Assembly: GCA_035533215.1 (NCBI GenBank)
Contig: DATLUG010000042.1
Span: 16,330 to 80,329 of the forward strand
Length of the DNA stretch: 64,000 nucleotides
From: Candidatus Micrarchaeia archaeon
GTDB lineage: Bacteria > Chloroflexota > Dormibacteria > Aeolococcales > Bog-877
Reading direction: 5' to 3'
Shown here: one piece after another, positions 33,846 to 43,339 of the stretch
Position numbering within the stretch: position 1 is the stretch's first letter
Layout: each line of letters begins with the position of its first letter
Made by a program: the position numbers and the translations under genes
Notes under the pieces: model-generated
Told to the model about the DNA's origin: nothing
What the model saw: only the letters and a program-made list of their open reading frames with translations
Databases searched by the model: none

Positions 33846-35495
33846 TCAGGCGGCGCCCACCACCCCGGCGGCGCCGCCGTCAGCCCGGGCCGGGGCGGGC
33901 GACCGCCCCCGCACCCCCAGCGCCACCACCGCGGCCAGGACCAGGACCGTGATCGGCAGGAGGAGCGTCGGTCGCATGGCGTCGACGAAGGCGTTCACGA
34001 ACACGCCGTGGGCCAGCGACCGCAGCAGGGCCACCGTGGCGCTGGCGGTCCCTCCCGGCACCGGCAGGGCCCCCCCGGTCTGCCCGGCGCCGATCTCCAG
34101 CCCGTGCCGGGCCGCCCGGGCGAACTGGGCCACGAAGTGGCCGGCGAACGCGGCCGGCAGGCGGCCCGCGGCCGCCTCCGCCCGGTGGTGGAGCGCCACC
34201 GCGAGCCGATTCTGCAGCAGCGCCCCCACGCCGGCGCTGGCGATCACCGCTCCCAGCTCCTGGATGGTGTTGAGGACCCCGGACGCCACTCCGCCGAGCT
34301 CGGGCCGGATGTTGCGGGTGGCCACGCTGAACACCGGCCCCCAGATGCAGCCCATGCCGACCCCGCTCACCACGAGCCCGGGCACCAGCGACCAGCGGCC
34401 GGAGTCGGCCTGGACGTCCCAGGCGATGAAGGCTGACCCGGCGGCCAGCAGCAGCAGCCCCGGGACCAGCAGCCATTTGGGGTCCAGCCGCTGGCCCGCC
34501 GGCCCGTTGGCCGCGCCGGAGCTGAGGAACATCGCCGCCGGCTGCACCGCGATGGTGAGGCCGGCCGCGATCGCGCTGAGACCGAGGATCGACTGGTAGT
34601 AGATGGTGAGCGGCAGGTAGAGTCCGACGATCGCGAAGCCCATCGCGCACAGCACCAGCGCCATCAGGGTGAAGTTGCGGTCGCGGAACACCGCGAAAGC
34701 GAGCAGGGGTTCGCCCCCCTGGCGGCGCGCCTGGTGGACGACGAAGACCGCCAGGAGCACAGCGCCGGCGGCAAGGATCAGGGGGATGCTGAGAATCCCG
34801 GTCACGGTCCCCCAGGCGTACCGCTGACCCTCGATCAGCCCGAACACGAGGCAGAACAGCGAGCCGGTCACCAGCGCGACGCCGGCCAGGTCCAGCCGGT
34901 GTCGCCGACCCGGTCGGAGGTCGGGGACCAGCCGCAGGGTCGCGACCACGAGCGCGAGGCCCACCGGGACGTTGACGAAGAAGATCCAGCGCCAGCCGAA
35001 GTTGGTCACGAGGAAGCCGCCCAGGGTGGGCCCGGCCATGACCGCCAGACCGGCCAGGATGCCGTAGACGGCGAACACCGGGGCGCGGCGCTCCGCCGGA
35101 AAGAGGGTCAGGATGATGGCCATCGTCTGCGGGGCCAGCAGTGCGGCCCCGATCCCCTGCAGGGCCCGGGCGGCGATGAGCTGGTCGGCGGACGGGGCCG
35201 TTCCGCTGAACGCCGAGGCGGCCACGAACACCAAGAGCCCGGTGACAAAGAGCGTCCGCGGCCCAACGATGTCGCCGAGTCGGCCAGCGGTGATGAGGAG
35301 CACCGCGTAGGCGAGGCTGTACCCGTTCAGCATCCAGAGCACCTGGTCGAGGCTGGCGTGGACGCCGTCGACCAGCCGCGGAATGGCGATGTTGACGATG
35401 GTGAGGTCGAGCAGGGTCATGAAGGTGCCCAGCGCGAGGACCACCAGGACCACCCACGGGTTGGTGCGGCGATCGGCGGGGGCGGTGACGGTCAC
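33846..35495 (-). CDS. MFS transporter, DHA2 (EmrB/QacA-like, 14-TM type)
   Basis: LGTFMTLLDLTIVNIAIP, GRLGDIVGPR, many TM segments. GTG at 35495, 10 nt after GGAGGAG. The upstream part of the ORF-track ORF is R/P-rich junk. Confidence 0.9.
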   Translation of the reverse strand: MTVTAPADRRTNPWVVLVVLALGTFMTLLDLTIVNIAIPRLVDGVHASLDQVLWMLNGYSLAYAVLLITAGRLGDIVGPRTLFVTGLLVFVAASAFSGTAPSADQLIAARALQGIGAALLAPQTMAIILTLFPAERRAPVFAVYGILAGLAVMAGPTLGGFLVTNFGWRWIFFVNVPVGLALVVATLRLVPDLRPGRRHRLDLAGVALVTGSLFCLVFGLIEGQRYAWGTVTGILSIPLILAAGAVLLAVFVVHQARRQGGEPLLAFAVFRDRNFTLMALVLCAMGFAIVGLYLPLTIYYQSILGLSAIAAGLTIAVQPAAMFLSSGAANGPAGQRLDPKWLLVPGLLLLAAGSAFIAWDVQADSGRWSLVPGLVVSGVGMGCIWGPVFSVATRNIRPELGGVASGVLNTIQELGAVIASAGVGALLQNRLAVALHHRAEAAAGRLPAAFAGHFVAQFARAARHGLEIGAGQTGGALPVPGGTASATVALLRSLAHGVFVNAFVDAMRPTLLLPITVLVLAAVVALGVRGRSPAPARADGGAAGVVGAA

Positions 35496-35502
35496 GATGG
35501 GT

Positions 35503-36210
35503 TCACTCCTCCGGTACGGGGGGCGCCGACGTCGGATGGGCGGCGGGGAGCCCGGGGGCGCGCGGGTCGTCGGCGGGAGCCGGGTGGGTCGCCTGGAACT
35601 CCCGCCACAGCGAGAGGCCGTCCAGGGTTCCGGTGCCGATCTCGGAAGCCAGCGCGCGGATGAAGGTGAGCTCGGCCTGCTTGAGGGCGAAGCCATAGTC
35701 GGCCTCGACCCGGAACAGGCGCGGGATGTCGATCTGCGCGACCAGCTCCCGGTGGGCGGCCAGCTCGGTCTCGAGGCGGCGGGCGCGGCCCTCCAGCAGC
35801 TCGACCACCGTCTCAGGGGGGAGGACGGGCATCAGCGACAGCCCTGCCTCGAACCGCGAGTACTCCTTCGCCGGGGTGCCGACCAGCTCCGACATCCACT
35901 CGATCAGGCGCTGCCGGCCGGCCTCACCGATCCGGTACACGGTCCGCTCCGGGCGGCGCCCGTCCCGCTCGGTCTCCTTGGGGACGATGAGCCCCAGCCG
36001 CTGAAGCGTGTCCACCACGGTGTAGAGCGAGCCGTAGTTGAGCTTGATGCTCTCGTGCTTGGCCCGGGTTCGCAGGGTGGTGGCGACCTCGTACGGGTGC
36101 ATCGGCCGCTCGTACAGGCATGCCAGCACCGCCAGCGCCAGGGGATTGGCCAGCCTCGGGGACGCCACCGCACCTCCAGGTTGCAGGATATTCGTCATGG
36201 AGTATTCCAT
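35503..36210 (-). CDS. PadR-family transcriptional regulator (long form with C-terminal domain)
   Basis: LALAVLACLYERPMHPYEVATTLRTRAKHESIKLNYGSLYTVVDTLQRLGLI. ATG at 36210 or 36198. Likely co-transcribed with the MFS gene. Confidence 0.9.
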   Translation of the reverse strand: MEYSMTNILQPGGAVASPRLANPLALAVLACLYERPMHPYEVATTLRTRAKHESIKLNYGSLYTVVDTLQRLGLIVPKETERDGRRPERTVYRIGEAGRQRLIEWMSELVGTPAKEYSRFEAGLSLMPVLPPETVVELLEGRARRLETELAAHRELVAQIDIPRLFRVEADYGFALKQAELTFIRALASEIGTGTLDGLSLWREFQATHPAPADDPRAPGLPAAHPTSAPPVPEE

Positions 36211-36213
36211 GAC
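36194..36213. promoter_or_regulatory. palindromic operator at the padR start
   Basis: GTCATGGA-GTAT-TCCATGAC (8-bp perfect arms), covering both candidate padR ATG codons. Confidence 0.6.
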
Positions 36214-36313
36214 GTGAACCGTCCGGCAAGGGTCCGGGACCGGGCGGGGGCGGCCACCGCCCCCCGACCCGCCCTGGCGCCACCAGGCGCTGGGCGACTC
36301 CGGCCTCGGGCGG

Positions 36314-36979
36314 CTACGCGCCGGCCCGGAAGGCCTGGTCCCAGAAGCGACACTCGAAGTCCAGCGCGGTGCCGAAGGCCTGTCGCATCCGGTCGCGCCG
36401 GCGGGCCCGGGCTCCGTCGCCGAGCCGGTCCACCAGCCGGCGCGCCCACGACGCCAGGTCCGCGAAGTCGGGGTCGGCGTAGGTGACCGCCACCCGCCGG
36501 AGGAGGGGCTGGGTCGGCAGACCCGCCCGGGCGAGGTCGGCGCCGATCTCGGCGTAGCTCCACAGGCAGGGAAGGAGGGCCGAGGCCGCCTCCGCGAACG
36601 TGGCCACCCCGGCGACTCGCAGGAGGAAGCCCGTGTAGGCCGCCGTCACGGGACTCGCCATGGTCGCCTCCAGCTCGTCCGGTGCGATCCCCATCGCCTC
36701 GCCCAGCCCCCGGTGGAGCGCCATCTCCCCCTCCAGGGTGGCGTGGGCGGCCGCCACCAGCCGGGTCGCGGTGCCGAGGTCGGGGGCACGGCTGCCGGCG
36801 CGCGCCAGCGCCCGGGCGTAGCCGTCGAGGAAGCGAAAATCCTGCCGCGCCCACGCCTCCAGCTGCGCGGGGGAGAGGGTGCCGTCGCCGAGGGCCGCGA
36901 CGAAGGGGTGGCACCGGCACGCGTCCCACACGGCCGCGACGTCGAGGCGCAGGGCGTCACTGAAGCGAGGCGCGGACAC
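36314..36979 (-). CDS. TenA/thiaminase-II-family protein
   Basis: HPFVAALGDGTLSPAQLEAWARQDFRFLDGY...PCLWSYAEIG...ALDFECRFWDQAF. GTG start. Confidence 0.85.
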   Translation of the reverse strand: MSAPRFSDALRLDVAAVWDACRCHPFVAALGDGTLSPAQLEAWARQDFRFLDGYARALARAGSRAPDLGTATRLVAAAHATLEGEMALHRGLGEAMGIAPDELEATMASPVTAAYTGFLLRVAGVATFAEAASALLPCLWSYAEIGADLARAGLPTQPLLRRVAVTYADPDFADLASWARRLVDRLGDGARARRRDRMRQAFGTALDFECRFWDQAFRAGA

Positions 36980-37361
36980 CGCGCCACTGTAGGCGGCCCG
37001 GTGGGCGCGGCGGCTCCGCCACGTCGTAACCCGCCGCGGGCTGGGGACGCCGCCCGCTGCGGCGACGCCGGGGAACGTCCGCCGCGGTCGGCCCCGAGTG
37101 CCGCCCCGTCGCCGCCGTCCTCAGCCTGGTCGCGGCCGCCGGCCCTCGGCCTGTCCGGGCCGGGCGCGGTGGTCGAGGCCAGCCGTGCTGCCACCTCGTG
37201 TCTGCCTCGGCGTCGGCAGCGCTCCCGACGGCGGCGGCCGCGGCGGTGACGGCGACAGCGCCGACCGGGCCCTGCACCAAGCCGAACAGGTCGCCGCCGT
37301 GTCACCTCCCGGCTCCCCCCGGCCGGCCGCCGGCTGTGCGGACCGGTGCTAGGCTGACCCG

Positions 37362-37703
37362 GTGGTCCCCCCCGCCGAGCTCGCCCGCCCCACCCCCAGC
37401 GCCTTCGCGTACGACGAGCGAGCGCTGGCGCTGGTGGTCACCTGGGCCGACGGGCCGGTCCACCGGATCCGCTTCGCCGACCTGCGCCGAGCCTGCCCGT
37501 GCGCGGTCTGCAAGGGCGAGATGGGGCGCCCCGGCCGCTTCGACCAGGAGCCGAGCCTGCGGCCCGGGGAGGACGACCTCGTGACGATCGAGCTGGTGGG
37601 GCAGTACGCGGTCGGCGCCGAGTGGCGCGACGGACACCGGACCGGCATCTACAGCTTCGAGCGCCTCCGCCAGCTCGGCGACCGGCTGAGCACGGGGTCG
37701 TGA
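37362..37703 (+). CDS. DUF971-family protein
   Basis: LALVVTWADGPVHRIRFADLRRACPCAVCKGE...YAVGAEWRDGHRTGIYSFERLRQL. Confidence 0.8.
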   Translation: MVPPAELARPTPSAFAYDERALALVVTWADGPVHRIRFADLRRACPCAVCKGEMGRPGRFDQEPSLRPGEDDLVTIELVGQYAVGAEWRDGHRTGIYSFERLRQLGDRLSTGS

Positions 37704-38548
37704 GCGAGCCGCTCACGCTCCTCGCCGTCCACGCCCACCCCGACGACGAGGTCACCGGCACCGGTGGGGTGCTGGCACGGTACGGCGACGAGGGGGTGCG
37801 CACCGTTGTGGTCACCTGCACCGGCGGCGAGCTCGGCGACGGCCCCGATGGGATGCATCCCCATCAGCCCGGCCACGACCCCGACGCGGTCGCCCGCCTC
37901 CGGCGAGCGGAGCTCGAGACGTCGTGCCGGGTCCTCGGCGTGGGCACCCTGGTCCGGCTCGGCTACCGCGACTCGGGGATGATGGGCTGGCCGGAGAACG
38001 AGGATCCGCGAAGCTTCTGGCGAGCCCCGCTGGCGCCGGCGGTGGAGCGGGTGGGGGCCCTGCTCGAAGCCCACCGACCCCAAGTGGTGATCACCTACGA
38101 TCCCCAGGGGGGCTACGGCCATCCCGACCACATCCAGGCCCACCGGGTCGCGGTGGCGGCGGTGCAGGCCGCCGGCCGACCGGTCCGGCTCTGCTACACG
38201 GCCTGGCCGCGATCCTGGTTCGCGCGCTGGATCCGCGAGGCGCCGCGCTGGGGGATCGACCTCTCGGAGTGGTTCGAGGATGGCCCGCCAACCGACCCGC
38301 CCCCGGGCACGCCCGACGAGGACGTCGGCTACGTCGTCGACATCGGGACTGTGGTGGAGCGCAAGCGCCAGGCCCTGCTCGCGCACGGCAGCCAGTCCGA
38401 CAACGGGCTCTGGCTGCGGATGCCGGCGGAGGCGTTCCACACCGAGATGGGGCGCGAGGCCTTCGTGGCGGTCGACCCCGCCACCCTCGCGGTCCAAGCG
38501 CCCGACGGCGAGGGCCCCCAGCCCGACCTCTTCGCCGGCCTAGCCTGA
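37700..38548 (+). CDS. PIG-L/LmbE-family deacetylase (Mca/MshB-like)
   Basis: LLAVHAHPDDEVTGTGG, VVTCTGGELG, GGYGHPDHIQAH. GTGA overlap with the DUF971 stop. Confidence 0.85.
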   Translation: MSEPLTLLAVHAHPDDEVTGTGGVLARYGDEGVRTVVVTCTGGELGDGPDGMHPHQPGHDPDAVARLRRAELETSCRVLGVGTLVRLGYRDSGMMGWPENEDPRSFWRAPLAPAVERVGALLEAHRPQVVITYDPQGGYGHPDHIQAHRVAVAAVQAAGRPVRLCYTAWPRSWFARWIREAPRWGIDLSEWFEDGPPTDPPPGTPDEDVGYVVDIGTVVERKRQALLAHGSQSDNGLWLRMPAEAFHTEMGREAFVAVDPATLAVQAPDGEGPQPDLFAGLA

Positions 38549-38561
38549 CGCGGCGCCCGCC

Positions 38562-38981
38562 TCAGGCGGGCGGAGCCGGGATGCGGTCGGGAGCGGCGTC
38601 GAGCAGGCGCCGGAGCATGGCCGCCACCACGGTGGGCTTGAAGGGTTTCAGGACCACTGGCACGGCGGCGTCCCGGCAGCGCGCCTGGGCGGCGGTGTCG
38701 CGCTGCTCCGGCATCAGCACCACCCCCGCCCGCGGGCGCCATGGCGCCGCATCGACGCGACCCGCCAGCGCGCATCCGTCCTCGTCGAGGGTGACGTCGC
38801 TGAGCAGGAGGTCGACATCGCCCGCCCGCAGCAGCGCCTCGGCGGCGGCGACGGTGCGCACCCAGGTGACCCGATGCCCCTCCATCCGAAGCTTGAACTC
38901 CAGGATGCGGCCGATCATCGGTTCGTCCTCGACGAGGACGATGTACGCAGCGTCCGCGGCGGGTGGCGGCGGACCCTGCAC
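38562..38981 (-). CDS. single-domain response regulator (receiver only)
   Basis: IVLVEDEPMIGRILEFKLRMEGHRV...DLLLSDVTL...VLKPFKPTVV. Only the last ~139 codons of the 1319-aa ORF-track ORF look real. GTG at 38981. Confidence 0.8.
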   Translation of the reverse strand: MQGPPPPAADAAYIVLVEDEPMIGRILEFKLRMEGHRVTWVRTVAAAEALLRAGDVDLLLSDVTLDEDGCALAGRVDAAPWRPRAGVVLMPEQRDTAAQARCRDAAVPVVLKPFKPTVVAAMLRRLLDAAPDRIPAPPA

Positions 38982-39107
38982 GGGCGTGGAGTCTACCCGC
39001 GTCGGCGCCGATCGGCGGCGGGGCCGGCGCCGGGGGTGCGGTAGCATGGGCGAGGCGCGGGGTCGCGGCGACCGCGGAACAGCGGCCCGCCCCGCCGGTG
39101 GAGTCCC

Positions 39108-42100
39108 ATGGAGCGTCGCCCCGTGCCGCGCCGCCTTGGCCGCCCCCGCACGGGGCCGTCGCGGCCGCCCCGTCCGGGCGGGGCCGCGGGCTGGCCACGT
39201 CCCCGGCTGGACCTGCCCCTGATCGCCGCGCTGCTGACCCTGGCCGGCCTCGGGGTCCTCAACCTGATGGCGCTGGGGGAGGCCAGCCTCGCGGTGCATC
39301 AGGCGCTCATCGTCGTGGTGGGATTCATGGGCTGTGTCGCCGCCTGGCGGGTGCGGCGCGACGCCTGGCCCTGGATCGGGCGGGCGGTGTACGCGGGCAG
39401 TGTCGTCATGCTCCTCGCCGTCGAGGTCCACGGGGCACGCGCCTTCGGCGCCCGGCGGTGGCTGGTGGTGGGCTCCTTCGTCCTCCAGCCATCCGAGCTC
39501 GCCGAGCTTGGGCTTCTGCTGATCCTCGCCGAGGTGCTGAGCCATCCCCGGCTCTCCACCCTGCGCCGGGTCGGCCTCGCGCTCGGCCTGGCGGCGGTGC
39601 CGATCGGGCTGACCCTGCTGGAGCCGGACCTCAGCACCACCGGCCTCCTCGTCGTGATCCTCGCCGGCGGCCTGGTGCTGGCCCGGATCGACTGGCGCTG
39701 GCTCGCCGGCCTGGCGGTGGGCGCGATAGCGGTCGTGCCGCTGGGGCTCCACCTCCTGCGGCCCTACCAGCTCGCCCGGCTGCACGGCTTCCTCGGCGGC
39801 GGTGGGGGGTCGGCCGGTGCCGGCTGGACCGTGCTCCAGGCTCACGTGGCGATCGCCGCCGGGGGGCTGCTCGGCGCCGTCCGCTCGCCCCTCCACGGCC
39901 TCCTGGCCGCCTATCTTCCGGCACGGGAGACGGACCTCGCCTTCGCCAGCCTGGTCGAGTCGTGGGGCCTGGTGGCGGCGGCGGTGCTGCTCCTGGCGGT
40001 GGCGGTCCTGCTCTGGCGGCTGGTCCTGGCCGCCTCCCGGGCGCGCACCCAGCAGGGCGCCCTGGTCGCCGGCGGCCTGGCGATCCTGGTCGGGACCGAG
40101 ACCGCCGTGTCGATCGCGGGGAACCTCGGGGTCGGCCCGCTCGCCGGGATCCCCATCCCGCTGGTCAGCTACGGCGGAACCGCCGCGGTCGCCCATCTCG
40201 TCGCCTTCGGGATCGTGCTCGGCTCCCGCACCGACGCCCAGCGCCGACGCCTGTGGCGCGTCCCCTGGCGGCTGCGCGAGCGACCGCGCCTGATGGGTGG
40301 GCTCGGCCTGGTGCTGGTCGCCCTGCTGGTCGGGCTCGGCGCCCTCACCTATCGGCTCCAGGCGCTGCACGGGCCCGCCCTGCGCCAGACCGCGATCCAG
40401 GAGATGACCCGGTACGTCGCGCTGTCGCCCGCCCGGGGCGAGATCACCGATCGCCACGGGCACCTGCTCGCCGCCGACGTCCCGGCCGACCAGGTGGACG
40501 CGATCCCGGGGATCCTCCGGCCCGGGACGTCCGGCTTTCGCCGGCTGGCACGCCTGCTCCAGCGCCCCCCCGCGCGCCTGCGCCGCGCCCTCGCGGCGCC
40601 CGCGCCCGGCAACGGTTTCGCGGTGCCGCTGGCGGCCGCGGTCCCGGTGGCGGTGGGGCGGCGGGTCGCCCGCGCCGCGATCCCGGGGGTGCTTGTCATC
40701 GCCTCCGAGCGGCAGGTGTACCCGTACGGGTCCCTGGTGGGGCCGCTGGTCGGCTACACCGGCGTGGAGACCCCGACGGACGTTCGCCGGCTCGGACTCC
40801 TCCCGCCCGGCTCGGTGGTCGGGCGGGCCGGGCTGCAGCTCGAGTACGATCGGACGCTGCGCGGGCGGTTCGGGTCCCAGGCGGTGCTGGTGAACCCCGC
40901 CGGGAGGCCGATCGCGCTCGGGCCCGCGGTCGCTCCCCGCCCCGGCCGCACCGTCGAACTCAGCCTCGACCTCGGGCTCCAGGCCGCCGCCACCCGCGCC
41001 CTGCGGAACGCGATGGACGGGCGCTATCCCGGCTCGCAGACCGGAGACCAGGGTGCGGCGGTGGTCCTCGACGCCCAGACGGGTGCGGTGCTGGCGATGG
41101 CCAGTCTTCCCGCCTACGACGACAACGCCTTCGGCCCCCCGGTGGAGGGACCACGGCTCGCCCGCACCCTGCGCGCGCCGGGATCGCCCCTGCTCGAGCA
41201 CGCGACCCAGACCGCGCTGCCGCCGGGCTCGACCTTCAAGCTCGTGGTGGCGGCCGCCGACAGCGTCTACCGGGCGATCCCGCCCCAGCAGGTGATCCCG
41301 ACCGGTTACGCGTTCGCCTACGACGGCGCCAGCTATCACAGCTGGACGACCCTGCCGCCGCAGGACCTCGCCCAGGCCATCGCCTGGTCCAACGACGTCT
41401 ACTTCTACAAGCTGGCGCTGGCGCTGGGGCCGTCCCGCATCGTCGCCGTGGCCCACGCCCTCGGGGTCGGGCGGACGACCGGCATCGACCTGCCCGGCGA
41501 GAGCCCGGGGTTCCTCGGCACCCCGCAGACGGTGCGGCGGCTGGGCGCCACCTGGTACCCGGGCTCGACCGTCATCCTCGGCATCGGCCAGGGATACGTC
41601 ACCGCCACCCCGCTGCAGGTGGCGCGCTGGACCGCGGCCGACGTGACCGGGCGGCTGCTGACCCCGCGCCTCGGCCTGGCGGTGAGCGCGGGTCATGGCG
41701 CCGAGCGGCTCCCCCCGGGCCCCGCGAGCCCCCTGCCCTTCGCCGCCCGGCTGGCGCCGGTGCGGGCCGGCTTCCGCCTGGCGGTGACCCAGGGCACGGC
41801 ATCGATGCTGCTGGGGCTGGGGCTGGACGCGGGCGGCAAGACCGGCACCGCCCAGGACCCGTCGGCGCCCCACGGCGGCCCCGACGCCTGGTTCACCGCG
41901 GCGGCACCGATGCGGCAGCCCCAGGTGGTGGTGGCGGTGATGGTGCGCGGGGGCGGGGAGGGCTACTACGCCAGCCAGCCCGCGGCCAGGGCCATCCTCC
42001 AGTACTTCTTCGCCCACCGCCGCCAGATCCTCGCCACCGCCCCCCCGCCGGGCCTTCCGACCGCCGTCGAGGGAGCGCCGACCGCCGCCGCCTCCCACCG

Positions 42101-42221
42101 CCGGGCGCCGCGGCCGGCGGCGACCGCCTCCCCGCCCAGCCCGGGCCGCCGGGCGGGCGCCACCGGCCCGTGCCCGGCGGCGGCGGGTGAGCGATGCCGG
42201 CACCGCGGGCGGGCGCTGTGA
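39108..42221 (+). CDS. fused SEDS glycosyltransferase (RodA/FtsW family) and class B penicillin-binding protein (PBP2-like)
   Basis: Residues 1-~375 are multi-TM FtsW/RodA/SpoVE-like (LQPSELAELGLLLILA, GIPIPLVSYGGTA). After a basic linker and one TM (MGGLGLVLVALLVGLGALTY) comes a bPBP with STFK, SND-like (WSNDVYF) and KTGTA motifs. No stop or frame change between the two parts. Confidence 0.85.
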   Translation: MERRPVPRRLGRPRTGPSRPPRPGGAAGWPRPRLDLPLIAALLTLAGLGVLNLMALGEASLAVHQALIVVVGFMGCVAAWRVRRDAWPWIGRAVYAGSVVMLLAVEVHGARAFGARRWLVVGSFVLQPSELAELGLLLILAEVLSHPRLSTLRRVGLALGLAAVPIGLTLLEPDLSTTGLLVVILAGGLVLARIDWRWLAGLAVGAIAVVPLGLHLLRPYQLARLHGFLGGGGGSAGAGWTVLQAHVAIAAGGLLGAVRSPLHGLLAAYLPARETDLAFASLVESWGLVAAAVLLLAVAVLLWRLVLAASRARTQQGALVAGGLAILVGTETAVSIAGNLGVGPLAGIPIPLVSYGGTAAVAHLVAFGIVLGSRTDAQRRRLWRVPWRLRERPRLMGGLGLVLVALLVGLGALTYRLQALHGPALRQTAIQEMTRYVALSPARGEITDRHGHLLAADVPADQVDAIPGILRPGTSGFRRLARLLQRPPARLRRALAAPAPGNGFAVPLAAAVPVAVGRRVARAAIPGVLVIASERQVYPYGSLVGPLVGYTGVETPTDVRRLGLLPPGSVVGRAGLQLEYDRTLRGRFGSQAVLVNPAGRPIALGPAVAPRPGRTVELSLDLGLQAAATRALRNAMDGRYPGSQTGDQGAAVVLDAQTGAVLAMASLPAYDDNAFGPPVEGPRLARTLRAPGSPLLEHATQTALPPGSTFKLVVAAADSVYRAIPPQQVIPTGYAFAYDGASYHSWTTLPPQDLAQAIAWSNDVYFYKLALALGPSRIVAVAHALGVGRTTGIDLPGESPGFLGTPQTVRRLGATWYPGSTVILGIGQGYVTATPLQVARWTAADVTGRLLTPRLGLAVSAGHGAERLPPGPASPLPFAARLAPVRAGFRLAVTQGTASMLLGLGLDAGGKTGTAQDPSAPHGGPDAWFTAAAPMRQPQVVVAVMVRGGGEGYYASQPAARAILQYFFAHRRQILATAPPPGLPTAVEGAPTAAASHRRAPRPAATASPPSPGRRAGATGPCPAAAGERCRHRGRAL

Positions 42222-42243
42222 CCGGGCCGGGCCGGGACTGGCC

Positions 42244-43257
42244 TCAGCCGTGGACCCCGGCGAAGGCGCTGACGATCCGAGGGTCGGCGAGGCAGGCCGC
42301 GGCGCCCTCGGCGACGCACGTGAGCGGCCGCTCAGCCAGCCGAACGGTGAACCCGAAGGCGTCCTCCAGCCTGGTCTCGAACCCCTCCAGGAGCGAGCCG
42401 CCGCCGAAGGCCAGGATGCCGTGCTGCATGATGTCGCCGACCGCCTGCGGGGGCAGGTCCTCCAGCGCGTTGGCGAGGGTGTCGATGATCCCGTCGACGG
42501 TCGGGCGGAGCGCCTCGGCAACCTCCCCGGGGGCCAGGGTGAGGAGCTTGGGGCGGCCGGTGACGAGGTCGCGGCCCTCGACCATCAGCGCCCCCTCGTC
42601 GGCATGGCCGTTGCGCAGCCGCATCTTGATGTCCTCGGCGGTGAGCTCGCCCACCAGGAGCTGGTGCTCCTGGCGCAGGTACTGGTACAGGGCGATCGTC
42701 ATCTCGTCGCCGGCGACGCGGCAGGAACGGGTGGTGAGGATCCCCCCGAAGCAGAAGGCGGTGACCTCCGCGGTGCCCCCGCCGACATCGACGACCATGT
42801 GCGCCTGCGGCTCCAGGGGGTCGATCCCGCTGCCGACAGCGCCCGCGATCGGCTCCGGGACCAGGTCGACGCGGCCCGCGCCCGACTCCTCGACCGCCTC
42901 GGTGAGCGCCTGACGCTCCAGCCCGGTGGCGCCGGCGGGGACGCCGGTGACGGCATGGGGGCGGAAGCGCTCCCAGGGACGCCGCGCCACCTGGTGGAGG
43001 ATGCCGATGATGAAGGTCCGGGCGGTCTGGAGGTCGGTGACGACACCGTCCCGGATCGGCCGGACCGTCAGCATCCCCACCGGGGTGCGCCCGGTCAGCT
43101 CGCGGGCCTTGTGGCCGATGAGGAGCGGCCGGCGGCCGCGTCCCCCCTCGGTCGGAACCACCATGACCGATGGCTCGTTGAGCAGGATGCCCCGCCGCGG
43201 ATGGCAGACCACGGTGTTGGCCGTGCCGAGGTCGATCCCGAAACCTGCAGACCACAC
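42244..43257 (-). CDS. mreB: rod shape-determining protein MreB
   Basis: GIDLGTANTVV, VTGVPAG, VVDVGGGTAEV, GGGSLL. GTG at 43257 with a GGGAG Shine-Dalgarno sequence 8 nt upstream. Confidence 0.95.
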   Translation of the reverse strand: MWSAGFGIDLGTANTVVCHPRRGILLNEPSVMVVPTEGGRGRRPLLIGHKARELTGRTPVGMLTVRPIRDGVVTDLQTARTFIIGILHQVARRPWERFRPHAVTGVPAGATGLERQALTEAVEESGAGRVDLVPEPIAGAVGSGIDPLEPQAHMVVDVGGGTAEVTAFCFGGILTTRSCRVAGDEMTIALYQYLRQEHQLLVGELTAEDIKMRLRNGHADEGALMVEGRDLVTGRPKLLTLAPGEVAEALRPTVDGIIDTLANALEDLPPQAVGDIMQHGILAFGGGSLLEGFETRLEDAFGFTVRLAERPLTCVAEGAAACLADPRIVSAFAGVHG

Positions 43258-43339
43258 GCCCGTCTCCCTGCTCCACCCGTGACGATCCACCTCAACCCGG
43301 CCACCTGGCGGGTGTGGGCCTCACTCTATACCCGGGACC

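Noticed and set aside
36980-37200. Possible TPP (THI-box) riboswitch upstream of the TenA-family gene.
   Set aside because: Only a CTGAGG resembling CUGAGA is present. The ACCUGAUCYGG...GCG...AGGGA core is absent on the relevant (minus) strand.
38982-42521. N-terminal ~1180 aa of the 1319-aa minus-strand ORF 38562..42521.
   Set aside because: It is antisense to the RodA-PBP2 gene, with a low-complexity R/G/P/E composition. Only the last 139 codons (the receiver domain, 38562-38981) are credible.
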